DNA of 64,000 nt from Paraspadella gotoi (lineage: Eukaryota > Animalia > Chaetognatha), in NCBI GenBank assembly GCA_051294375.1, contig CM119264.1, forward strand, positions 22,452,486 through 22,516,485, written 5' to 3'. The notes beneath the pieces are model-generated. The model was not told where the DNA came from, ran no database searches, and worked only from the letters and a program-made list of their open reading frames with translations. The translations under genes and the position numbers were made by a program. Below are positions 51,501 to 64,000 of this stretch, piece by piece; the first letter of the stretch is position 1; every line of letters begins with the position of its first letter.

Positions 51501-54500
51501 CCTATAAGATTGGATTTTATATTAATTTTTCTTCAAAAATAGTTCAGGACTGAATTTCAGTAAAGCAATAACCAAAAATACGATTAATTTCTTAAACACT
51601 GTTTCCTATAAAAACAGAAAAAACTATTTAAAAATACAACCTGCAGCTACTTAAAAACTAATAAAATTATTAAGAAATTATGAAATTAATTAATAAAACA
51701 TGAAAATATCATTAATAAAGACCTACTGTTAATTAAAGAAAACTAAACTCATCGTCAGATTTCACAGGCAAAAGATCCTTTTAGAAAAAATTCGCAATAT
51801 CCGCAGGCTTCGCATAGTATCTTTTGTTCTTTTTGACCAGGCTTGACCGGTCTTTAACATTAAAAAGATAGCGAAATGAGGTAGTTCGATCTCGGATCTC
51901 TCATGTTCGATGCATTAAAGTTAAATATTTTTATACGAAAATTATTTATTTATTCCCGTCTGATTAAGTGTGCGACGTTTCGTTAATGAAACTCGATGTC
52001 TGTATATTTTCCAACTTTTGGGACTAACAAGAAACAATAAATCGGTTTATTCTCCGCTTTTTAAAAATCTAGCGTCGAATTTCAACAACATTCTCGCTCG
52101 ATTTTGCCGCATTCCAAACTCATTTCGATTCTGAAAATATTTTGATATCCAGACTTTTTTTCCTTTTCTCCGTTTATCCTAATAGTTTTTCTACGCTTCA
52201 ATTTTTCTCTTCTCCTCGATGTGCCACTCCTTCCTTTTTCCATTGTTTGCCTTGCAGATTAGCCGCCTGCCATTTGCAATGGCCCTTTGCGATTGCCATT
52301 GCAGGACCTTTTCCTTTGATTTCGTCCTGAAAGACGTCTTGGATGCCCTTTTACAAAGGTGAACTTTGTCTAATTTTGTATCAGAGATGTTCTATTGATT
52401 CCACCTCAAATTTGCAGATTCTAACCCTGAATCAAGATCGCCGTTGTTCTTCAACAATATCTCATCATATTCTATATATAATAGTGTATATATTAATATT
52501 TATATTTATTTACTAATTTTTTCCTCTCTTTAACCCTAGTTTCATCAATACCCTTTTCGTCAGTCTCGATATTTTACATCGTCGTTCACATCAACTTTGT
52601 CGTCTCTCGTCGTCGTTGTCGTCGTCGTTGTCGTTCAGTATCGACTTTGATCATTAGCGTCATTTCTGTNNNNNNNNNNNNNNNNNNNNNNNNNNNNNNN
52701 NNNNNNNNNNNNNNNNNNNNNNNNNNNNNNNNNNNNNNNNNNNNNNNNNNNNNNNNNNNNNNNNNNNNNNNNNNNNNNNNNNNNNNNNNNNNNNNNNNNN
52801 NNNNNNNNNNNNNNNNNNNNNNNNNNNNNNNNNNNNNNNNNNNNNNNNNNNNNNNNNNNNNNNNNNNNNNNNNNNNNNNNNNNNNNNNNNNNNNNNNNNN
52901 NNNNNNNNNNNNNNNNNNNNNNNNNNNNNNNNNNNNNNNNNNNNNNNNNNNNNNNNNNNNNNNNNNNNNNNNNNNNNNNNNNNNNNNNNNNNNNNNNNNN
53001 NNNNAAATTATTTCTCAGGGCTTTCACTCAAATGAAGTAAAAATATTTTTAGCTATTGTAAAACCAAATTTAAAATATTCATTTAATTAATTCTCTTGCC
53101 TGTGACTTTGAACAGACTATGGCTATTACTAGATAATAACAGAGCAAGACCCTGTAAGCTTTCATTCAAGACTATCGAACAGTCTAACAGTCTTAACTTG
53201 GCTTGCCCATTCATGAAGTGATATAATATTTTTTTAATGGTTCAATTGGTTAAATGTAATGATTTTTATAACAAAGCAATCACTTTTAGTCACCAAGTTG
53301 AACTCCATCTTGCAGTTTTTTCTCTCGTCTCGTCTCTCAAATTCATTTCGCCCTCGCAGCTCACGTCCATTCTCTGCCCACCTTTCGTCGCGCCCATCGC
53401 TCTCTCTCTCTCTCTCTCTNNNNNNNNNNNNNNNNNNNNNNNNNNNNNNNNNNNNNNNNNNNNNNNNNNNNNNNNNNNNNNNNNNNNNNNNNNNNNNNNN
53501 NNNNNNNNNNNNNNNNNNNNNNNNNNNNNNNNNNNNNNNNNNNNNNNNNNNNNNNNNNNNNNNNNNNNNNNNNNNNNNNNNNNNNNNNNNNNNNNNNNNN
53601 NNNNNNNNNNNNNNNNNNNNNNNNNNNNNNNNNNNNNNNNNNNNNNNNNNNNNNNNNNNNNNNNNNNNNNNNNNNNNNNNNNNNNNNNNNNNNNNNNNNN
53701 NNNNNNNNNNNNNNNNNNNNNNNNNNNNNNNNNNNNNNNNNNNNNNNNNNNNNNNNNNNNNNNNNNNNNNNNNNNNNAGAGAGGGTGAAGGGTTGAGATG
53801 GGAAAATCTCTGTCTCTATATTTCAGTTTAGTTTCTCCCTAACTTTTTGTTATTTGTTCACGACCCTTTGGTTGTCATTTTCTGGCTCCACGTCCTATTT
53901 TTCTTCTCTTCCCTTCTTTCCTCTCTCCTTACTACTTCTCCACAACTCCTTCCCACTCTCTCCCTCTCTCGACCAATCATTGCCTGACGCCTCGACGTCC
54001 CCAACTTTCTTGGACCAATCACCGGCCTCAAAAACTCGCCGCGACGTCGAGGGTCGTCGGGTTAATGGACCAATGGAAGCGCGCGGGCGACGGAGGGTGA
54101 CGTCATCGCCGGGGTGACGAAGAGAAGAAATGGGGGGCGAAGCGTCGGGGGTCGTCATGGCGACGCCATCCGACGAGATTGAAAAAGAAAATGATGTCCT
54201 CGATGAAAGTGGGTGGGTGAGTGGGCGAAGACCACAGGGTGGCGAGGTTTGGGTGCAAAGGGGGGGGAGAACTGAGACGAGGCCGGTGACGGCGTCCGAG
54301 ACCATCTTGTCATCGGAGACGATGAGTAGACGACGACGACGGCGACGACGACGACGATGAAGACGAGATTGACTCCGACGCAAATCACGACGAAAAAAGT
54401 GAACGACGGCGGAATAAAATTTGACGCGACGTTTAACGGGACGAAACCGGCCAACGCTTGGAGGATAATGGTGTCGACGACGNNNNNNNNNNNNNNNNNN

Positions 54501-55010
54501 NNNNNNNNNNNNNNNNNNNNNNNNNNNNNNNNNNNNNNNNNNNNNNNNNNNNNNNNNNNNNNNNNNNNNNNNNNNNNNNNNNNNNNNNNNNNNNNNNNNN
54601 NNNNNNNNNNNNNNNNNNNNNNNNNNNNNNNNNNNNNNNNNNNNNNNNNNNNNNNNNNNNNNNNNNNNNNNNNNNNNNNNNNNNNNNNNNNNNNNNNNNN
54701 NNNNNNNNNNNNNNNNNNNNNNNNNNNNNNNNNNNNNNNNNNNNNNNNNNNNNNNNNNNNNNNNNNNNNNNNNNNNNNNNNNNNNNNNNNNNNNNNNNNN
54801 NNNNNNNNNNNNNNCCGCCGAGCCGAGGCCCGATTATGATAACTAATCAAATCCCCAGGAAATGAGCAGTAAATGGATTTTGCAGTTTTTTCGAATTACC
54901 TTGAATAATTAATACTGACTGAATGTGATAGAATCTAGAAAAGGGAAAATGAAAAATTCCAGCGGATGAGAGAGACACCATCTTAATTATCTTCGTAATT
55001 GCTTGAAGAG

Positions 55011-55041
<31 letters not shown>

Positions 55042-55043
55042 GA

Positions 55044-55091
<48 letters not shown>

Positions 55092-55629
55092 GGAATGGAA
55101 GAGAAAGGAGACCAGGCGCAGAAAAAAGGAGACAGAGCGAGAGAGAGAGAGAAAGCAGAGAGAGAGAGAGAGAGATAGAGAAGAAGAAAGAGAGAGAGAG
55201 AGAGAGAGAGAGGAGAAGAGAGACGAGAGAGAAGAGAAGAGAAGAGGAGAGAGGAAAGCGTGCGTTGGGGGGGACGCAATTATGAAGCGTTCTTTATGCA
55301 AGATCTTAATGAGAAAAGAAGCGAAGAGGCTGAAGGGTTCTGGCCAGTTTTCATGTAATTAACGGATAATGAGCTTTCTAATTATCGATTCTTGTTTGTT
55401 TCCAAACATTGTCTTGTTTATTTTCGTCTTAAGTTGAAATATTCATCGGAGAGAGAGAGAGAGATAGAGAGAGAGTAGAGGCGTGTGAGGCTTGTTACGT
55501 CTTTCGTGAGAATCTCGCTTCGCGTGACAGTGAAAACTATCCTTGATTAACTTTGCAGTGATGCGTATTTTCTTAGATCTTGAGTCGCGGTCTTGGGGAA
55601 AGAGAGAGGGAGAGAAAGAAAGATAGAAA

Positions 55630-55655
55630 AAAATGAAAGAAAGAAAGAAAGAAAA

Positions 55656-55695
<40 letters not shown>

Positions 55696-55700
55696 AAAAG
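55630..55700. repeat. (GAAA)n microsatellite
   Basis: Direct inspection. Confidence 0.9.
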
Positions 55701-56838
55701 AGGGGGGAAAAAGGAGAGAAAAATTAAAAAGGAAAAACCTATTAAATTAGTTATTAAATTTCTAACATGAAACAGTTACAACTAAATCAATAATCATATC
55801 TGAAATGTTTTCTCCAACGTTTCTCCGTCACGAAATCGGATTATGTCTCTCAGATTGATCGCCTAAGTCAGTTTGTAGCCAATTTTAAGCCCGTCCAATT
55901 AGCTTAATGAGCCAAGCTCGGGGCATTTTGTAAGACCCTCTTTTTTGCGTTTTTGCTTCTTTTTTTTGTCTCACAATCTTTCTCGTCCTTTCTTTTTTTT
56001 CCCTTTATTTTTTTTGTTGTTCTTTCTTTTGAATTTTTTCTTTATTTTTCTTTCTTTCAATCTATGCACATCTCCGTATTCCCTCTCTCCATTATTCTTT
56101 CTCCGGTAATTACTTTTCTTCTTCCATCGCTCATTTTTATCGAGATTAAACCTACGTATTTGACATAATCCGATTTGCCGAAGAACAATTAGAAATTTAA
56201 TTTAACGGGCTACATTTTAGCAGATGGAATTTATTACAATTTGTGAAAATGGTGAAAATTCTCTATTTGTAAGAAACCGTTTTTCCATTTGAAGGAGTCG
56301 GAAATGAGTGAAACATTAAGGAAAATGAACCCAAAACAGATTTCTTATCGTGTACTTAAAAGTTGGTGATTTCACTCGGTCATTCTTAATTTCTCATGCT
56401 CCTTGGTTTTCATCTATTCATACTTTATGTAGTACGATGAGAAAGACGAAACCAGACCAGATGAGGTGCACCGGATTTCTGGAACGGAATTTGTTCATCC
56501 TACGACATTCCAGTACCCACCCGCTCTGAATGACCAGGAAATTTGACCAGCTCTATCGCAGCCATGAGCGGATGGTAGCAAAGCAGAAACGGTTACGGCG
56601 AAAACTACTTGTAATTAGCGAAAAACTCTAATAGAAAAAAACTTGTAATTTCGGGCTTTCTCTCTCTCTTTCTCTCTCTCTCTATCTCTCTCTCTCTCTC
56701 TCTCCAGCTCGCTCGACGCACTCATTTTCTTTCAAACTTGTTTACTATTCACTTTCCTTCTCTTTTCCTCTCTCCGAAGCTTTACTCACAAATTGGTTTT
56801 GACAAATTGGATTCTCTCAGGAAAGGAGAGACGCGGAA

Positions 56839-56990
<152 letters not shown>

Positions 56991-57454
56991 TGCGCATCAG
57001 ATAATAGAAAAATGGAATATACTGTGACAATAATGCTTCCCATCGTTCGTAGTAAATGTGATGTGAATAAAGTTATTAAGCAATTATATTTAGTACAGCA
57101 TTATATATTTATAAATGTATACATGTCAACGATGACTAAGTATCGTTAGAGTAAGGAAAAGAAGGGTAAGGAAAGCGAGCGAAAAAAGAAAGAATTGAAA
57201 TCAAAGGAACAGAAAGGAAAAGTAAAACAAAGAACAGCACTGAGAAAATAAAACAGGAGAAAGACAAGGAAAATTTAAAGGAAAAGAAAAAAAGAAAAAA
57301 AGGGAAAAAAGGAAAAAAGGAAAAAAGGAAAAAAGAAAAAAAGGGAAAAGGAAGCGAAGGCTCGGCTCGCGAAGAAATTCCAATCGACGATAATCCAAAT
57401 CATTCCAAAAGCGTCGCTCGTCCGGAAGAACGGAGCACAATCGAGGTCGGGGAA

Positions 57455-57509
<55 letters not shown>

Positions 57510-59959
57510 CGCCAATCTTGAGAGCGAGACGACGGGGAAAATGTCGCCCCTGCACAGTCAAATGTGCACTCACTGAAATATGGGCTATAAATTTAAATTT
57601 AAATTAACTCGTGTAGAATCGCATTTATCGTACATAAACTTGATATCTAATTGTTAATCATCTTTAATAATCAAAAACCTTCTTGATTGTGTTAAGCGAG
57701 CGACCAACGGAAAAAAAGTTGAGATTCTATATGACGCATCTTATCGAGATTATGAAATTTTAGATGTCGAGAGAAGTTTCAATTAAAAATTAATGAAAAA
57801 CAAACAAATGACTGAAAACGTTTGATGGGCGAGCTTGCAAAAATTTAATCAAAACCGGGAATGAGAAAACAGAAGGCTGAAATTTCATGAACAATACTGA
57901 TATAATTTGAAACTAAGCCAAAAATTTCCTACTACAGACTACCTAGTACATACTACAGATTCTATTGGAATGTTCTTTCGTGTTTTTTATCGATCGTTAA
58001 AGATTTTTCAGCAACAAACAACAGTGGCGATTATAAAGTCTGAATGTATGAATTGAAAAGTCCGTTTTACTTCAAATATCGTTCTCTCTTTTTGAGGCAT
58101 AGAGGTTTTTGGCGTAACATTTATTCATCCTCTCCCGATAGTTCATATTCATATTCATATTCATATTCATATTCACCGACTCAGACCTTTATCATTGTTT
58201 CTCACCGCAATCTCATCTCCCTCCCTCCCTATCCCCTTCTCCCTTCTTCAAAATAGCGCCCTCCAGTGGTAAAACTAATGACAACACTCCCGCTGTCAAC
58301 AGCGCCACCTTCACGTTCACCCCCGTGTCACCATGCTCTTCTTTCACCATCCTTTCTGAGAGTGTCACCCTGTACTCCTTCCACCGTCACGTCCATCTAG
58401 AGTGTCACAACCCACTTCCACGACACAACCACCGACCCCATTAATTCTACCCCATCCCCCCGCACCCCGCGCCACCTTCCACCCGGCGTTTCCGGCGGCT
58501 CGTGCCTCCCGGCGCCCGATTTCGCCGTCACGGGCGAAAAAATCCAATTAACCGGTTGGCCTTTTGTAGTAACAATAGTAAAGGAAGCGAAGATTGAGGC
58601 GCGCCAGAGTTCAGGATCTCGATTCAATCGCGTCGCGATCCCAANNNNNNNNNNNNNNNNNNNNNNNNNNNNNNNNNNNNNNNNNNNNNNNNNNNNNNNN
58701 NNNNNNNNNNNNNNNNNNNNNNNNNNNNNNNNNNNNNNNNNNNNNNNNNNNNNNNNNNNNNNNNNNNNNNNNNNNNNNNNNNNNNNNNNNNNNNNNNNNN
58801 NNNNNNNNNNNNNNNNNNNNNNNNNNNNNNNNNNNNNNNNNNNNNNNNNNNNNNNNNNNNNNNNNNNNNNNNNNNNNNNNNNNNNNNNNNNNNNNNNNNN
58901 NNNNNNNNNNNNNNNNNNNNNNNNNNNNNNNNNNNNNNNNNNNNNNNNNNNNNNNNNNNNNNNNNNNNNNNNNNNNNNNNNNNNNNNNNNNNNNNNNNNN
59001 NNNNNNNNNNNNNNNNNNNNNNNNNNNNNNNNNNNNNNNNNNNNNNNNNNNNNNNNNNNNNNNNNNNNNNNNNNNNNNNNNNNNNNNNNNNNNNNNNNNN
59101 NNNNNNNNNNNNNNNNNNNNNNNNNNNNNNNNNNNNNNNNNNNNNNNNNNNNNNNNNNNNNNNNNNNNNNNNTCTTTTCCTCCGCCCATCCTCTCCGATT
59201 TCCTCATTTCCTCCGAAGCCAATTCGCTCCTCCCAGTTCCGCCTTTCGATTCCCGCTTCTTATTTATCCTTTGACTCACCCTTACCCTCCCTTCGCCCTC
59301 ACCCAACCTTAATACTTTGTTTTTGGCCCAAGCCTCTCTCTCGTTTCTTCCCATTTATTTTAATCATCTAATTGATCCGCAGCCTTCATTTTCTCTCGTT
59401 TAACATTCACCTTCACAACCACCACGACAACCACCCGTTCTTCCTTTAACCACCACAAACCGTTACAAACTTTCTCCATCCCTCTCGGCTGTTTCGAAAC
59501 GCCTTCTTCACCACCGAAACCAAATCTCCGTTTTCTTGCTTTGATTCGTTTTCTCATTTTTCCTCAAGAGAATTCTTTTGATTATTCTCCTTCTTCCTCT
59601 TTTTCGTCTTCGTCTCTCTTTTTTATTCTTCTTCTGTCTTCTTATTCTCCTTCTTCTCCTTCTTATTCTCTTTCTTTCTCTACTTTACTTCCTCTTTGAT
59701 TTGCTTCTTTATTTCGTTTTCCCCTCCTATTTTATTTCGCCTAATTTGGTTCTCTTCCTCCTTTTTTGTTATTTTGTTATTTTCAGTTTCTTAGTAATTC
59801 AATTCCTCATTTCTCATTTTTTCATTCTCTCTGAATTATCTCCACCTTGTACTTCGCTCTTTCTTCTCCATTTTTTATCCTTTTCCTGTTCTTCTTCCTC
59901 CCTTTCAAACTTTCTCTCAATTCTCTCTTCCTCCCTTCCTTATTTTCCTTTTTCCTCCA

Positions 59960-60190
59960 TCTCTTAATCTCCATCTTCCCCCTTTCCCTAATCTCCTTCT
60001 TCCTCCATTCCTCCCTTTCTTCTTTTCCTTTTTCCTTCCTCTCTTCATCCATCTTCCCCTTTTCCTAAATCTCCTTCTTCCTCCATTCCTCCCTTTCTTC
60101 ATTTCCTTTTTCCTCCCTCTCTTCATCTCCATCTTCCCCCTCCCCTTAATCTCCTTCTTCCTCCATTCCTCCCTTTCTTCTTCCTTTTCT
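59960..60190. repeat. Pyrimidine-rich tandem repeat, 3 copies (…ATCTCCTTCTTCCTCCATTCCTCCCTTTCTTC)
   Basis: Direct inspection. Confidence 0.8.
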
Positions 60191-60313
60191 TCATCTCCTT
60201 CTATTGAGAACGAGAAAAAAAAAGGACAACAACTGATTAGCCTTTTGTCGTCGTCCTTCGTGTTTTGATTGCGGAGCCGCGGAAAAATCTCGTCGTCTCT
60301 TGATCGGAGAGAG

Positions 60314-60397
60314 GTCACGTGATTGGATAGGGAATTCGATCACGTGATTAGATAGAGGATTCAATCACGTTATTGGATAGGAAATCCGATCATGTGA
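60314..60397. promoter_or_regulatory. 25-bp tandem array of overlapping E-box/CCAAT motifs (TCACGTGATTGG)
   Basis: Units at 60314, 60339, 60364, 60389; the same composite recurs at ~61225. Confidence 0.4.
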
Positions 60398-60777
60398 ATT
60401 ATTTTAAGCCGTTGGATCGAAAATTCGTGACGTCGTCGAATTGTCTAGTGGGAAACAGAATAGTAAATAATAAAAAATAATAAAAAATAATAAAAAGTAA
60501 TAAAAAATAATTTTGTTTAATAAGATATTATTGGTGCCATAAAATTAAATTTTGATGACGTTATATTAATTAATCGCAATTTGGGGAGTTTCAACAAGAA
60601 GAATTTGCTTTAAATCTCTTAAAGAGGAATTGTTTAAGGAATCTATCTCTTTCTCTCTCTCTCTCTCTATTTCTCCCTCTTCGTTCCCTTCTTTTTTTCT
60701 GACATTTCTTTTCTTCTTTATTCTCCCTTTCTCTCTCTCTCTCTCTTTCTCTCTCTCTCACTCTCTCTCTCACTCTC

Positions 60778-60875
<98 letters not shown>

Positions 60876-62519
60876 TCTTTCTCTCTTTTCTCTCCCTCCC
60901 ATCTGACTCTCACTCTCTCTCACTCCCTCGCCCTATTCCTTTCTCTCCTTTCCATTTCGTTGTCATTCCGACCGTCATACCATTCCGAGGAGAGAGCTTC
61001 CAAATTAGCCCCTTCATTGCCTCGGCTTTAGTCTTTCCCCCACTGACTTCGTCCAGATTTTCTCTCTCGTTTCCGATTGGTCCACTCCCTCTTCGGACTC
61101 ACGCTCCGATTGGTCGCCGTTTTCCGTCTTCGTCGTCCTCGTACGCGTTGGTGGCTTTGATTAAATAGCCTCAGGTAATGAAGAATGGCGATCAAGTTGG
61201 TCGGCGAGAATTGCTTTCGCGTCGCACGTGATTGGAAACGCGCAGCCGGAAGTGGGGAAGGCTGGGGAAGGAAGGAGGGAAAGGTAAGGGCGAGGGGTAA
61301 GGTGGGCCTGGGAAAGGGAGCTAATTCACGTTCCGGTGGAGGAAGCATTTAAAAGAATTCAATTGAAAAGTTGACGACAGACGGACAAGAGACAACAATC
61401 AGCTGACAACAGACAGTAGATAACATACAACAGTCAACAGATGACAGAACACGGACCACTGACAATGGACNNNNNNNNNNNNNNNNNNNNNNNNNNNNNN
61501 NNNNNNNNNNNNNNNNNNNNNNNNNNNNNNNNNNNNNNNNNNNNNNNNNNNNNNNNNNNNNNNNNNNNNNNNNNNNNNNNNNNNNNNNNNNNNNNNNNNN
61601 NNNNNNNNNNNNNNNNNNNNNNNNNNNNNNNNNNNNNNNNNNNNNNNNNNNNNNNNNNNNNNNNNNNNNNNNNNNNNNNNNNNNNNNNNNNNNNNNNNNN
61701 NNNNNNNNNNNNNNNNNNNNNNNNNNNNNNNNNNNNNNNNNNNNNNNNNNNNNNNNTCCCTTCCTCCCTCTCTTCCCTCCTCTTTTCTCCTTCTCTCCCC
61801 TCTCTTACGTTTTCCGCTCTTCCTCCCTTCCTCCCTCTTTTCNNNNNNNNNNNNNNNNNNNNNNNNNAAGGAGAGAGATAAAGTTGACGATCAGACGGAC
61901 AAGAACAACAATTCAGCTGACAATCAGCAGTAAGATGAACAATACAGACAGTCAACAGGATGACAGAAAACATGGACGGGCAGCTGACGATACTGGGACA
62001 TTAGTATGCTGGCGACATAAAATCTTTAAATTAAGAGAAATTTCATGTATGCGTCATGAAATGTTGATCTATAATTGAGAAATTGGCGAGTGCTTCCCTG
62101 CCCTTTTTTTTCCGCGTGCTCTTCTTTTTCACTTGCCCCTCTAATCAGTCAATTTTTATGCACTCATTAAGCTTATCTTGCTCCATGTTCGCGCTTGCCT
62201 TTTCTCATCTCTTCTGCATCTCTTTCTTTCCGTTCATCACTCTTTTCTCACCTTGCTGCCTTCCTGCGCCCTCTCTTCCCTGTCGATCTTTGTCTCCTTC
62301 TCTCCCCCTCTCTATAACGTTTTTGCCGGCTCTTGCCTCCCATTCCTCCCTCTTTTCTCATCCGCTTGCCTTACGCCTATCCTCCCTTCCTAGCCGCTTC
62401 CGCGCTCAAATCTCGAATTTTCCCTTTCACCTCGAGAATTCGAAAGGACAAGAAAAAAACGCCTTCGGACTTCATCTTTTTTCGCTTGACAATCCTTGGG
62501 GGGCGAGGCAGGTGAACCG

Positions 62520-63480
62520 TACGGAACAGACGAACGACGACGACAGACAGACGACGACGATGAACGACGGGAAACGATGAAACGGACGAACGACGAACGA
62601 CGGACGGACGAACGAATACCAGACGATGACGTACCGAACGAACGACGACGGCACGGACGATGACGACGACAGACGACGATGACGACGACGGTACGAGCGA
62701 CGACGCACGGAAGACGAGCGACGATGACGACGATGACGACGAGCGAACGAACGACGACGATGACCGACGACGATGACGACGACAGGACAGACCAGAAACG
62801 ACGAATGACGAACGACGCGACGGACGACGATGACCGGCACGACGAGCGCGACCGATGACGACGACTAGCGGACAGACGACGAATCGAGGGTCAGCACTGA
62901 CGACGACGATTGACTCGACAGAGTGACGACGACCGACGACCGACGCGGAAGCGATGACGACCGGATGAATTGACTGACGAGCGAGCGACGGACGGACGAT
63001 GAGACGACGAGCGAAAGACGAACGACGTACGTACAAGATTGACGACAATGACGACGTACGACAGACGTACGACGATGGACGACCGAGCGGACGATAGAGA
63101 CGACGACGACGACGACGAGCGACGGACGTTGACTTGACAGACACGATGACCTGACAGCCGAACGACGACCGATGACGAACGTATGACGAGCGACGAACTG
63201 ATGACTGACGACGATTGACGACGTGATGTTGCAGACCGGACTGACGACCGAACGTAGACGATGACGAAAAGACGACGATGAACACGACGACGACGACGAA
63301 CGACTGACCGACGACGACGACGACATCGACGGAACGACGAAGACGACGCAGTACGACCGAACCCACCGACGCCGGACAACTATACACAAAAACCATGACA
63401 ACTCATGACGTGGTTACACGCAACGATCGGATACGACGACGACGACGACGAGAACGATTTTAAGGGTGACGACGACAACG
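62520..63480. repeat. ~1-kb degenerate (GAC)n array
   Basis: GAC/GACC/GAAC units throughout; produces the long spurious R/S/V-rich ORFs. Confidence 0.9.
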
Positions 63481-64000
63481 AACTGAACTGGTTCAACGAC
63501 AACAACGACAATGTAGTTCAATTTGGAAGTCCCGGGTTCAATCCCTGAGCTACGGTAAGAAATATTGAATAACGTGTAATATAATATGTCCCGTTTCCAG
63601 GGATCGAAAAATCATACCTACGAGAAACAACCACTGCCAACTAATTTAACGACCATTAAACAATTTTGCCACTCAGCCTTATTTTCACCCTCTCTGCTAT
63701 CGTCTCCCCTCTTCTCTCTGCCCCTCTCTCTCCTCTCTCTCATCTCACGTCTCTCTCGGTCATCTTCTCGTCTTCATGCCTGGCTACCATTCGAAGGGCG
63801 TCCCGCACCTCATAACATCCCATCTGCCTGCAATCTCCCTCACTCCGCCCTTCCCAGAGCTGCGGCTGCGGCGCCGGCTGCGGCTGCTGCGCCGGCGAGA
63901 GGCGTGGCTCGGAACCCAATTTCCTGGGGCATCAAATTCCCTTGTAGCAATTGACATCGCGTCGGATCCCTTCGCCTTCAAATTGCCCGAGATTTCTCCC

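Noticed and set aside
62377-63401. 339-aa and overlapping R/S/V-rich ORFs
   Set aside because: Translation of a degenerate (GAC)n array, probably low-accuracy sequence.

Overview
Eukaryotic (very probably invertebrate animal) draft-assembly window. It has GT-AG introns, abundant (GA)n/(CT)n and (GAC)n microsatellites, and many N gaps. Two intact spliced genes were reconstructed by hand and lie tail-to-tail. The first is a 9-exon selenium-binding protein 1 / methanethiol oxidase (SELENBP1, + strand, 5575-17632, 486 aa). The second is a 6-exon multi-pass membrane protein resembling the si:ch211-161h7.5 (PTHR33802) family, with a long disordered N-terminus (- strand, 18427-21924, 507 aa). The 8.6-kb intron 7 of SELENBP1 holds a same-strand, disrupted XK-related gene with apparently two XK-like modules, bracketed by an inverted pair of DINE/Helentron-like elements. 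A second inverted pair, of tRNA-Gly-derived SINEs, brackets SELENBP1 exons 3-7. The remaining ~42 kb has no recognisable protein gene. It contains microsatellites, minisatellites, a decayed LINE fragment, a few orphan exon-like segments and a ~3-kb duplication that looks like a gap-filling artefact. Most listed ORFs are microsatellite translation noise. Family assignments rest on recalled motifs, not database searches.
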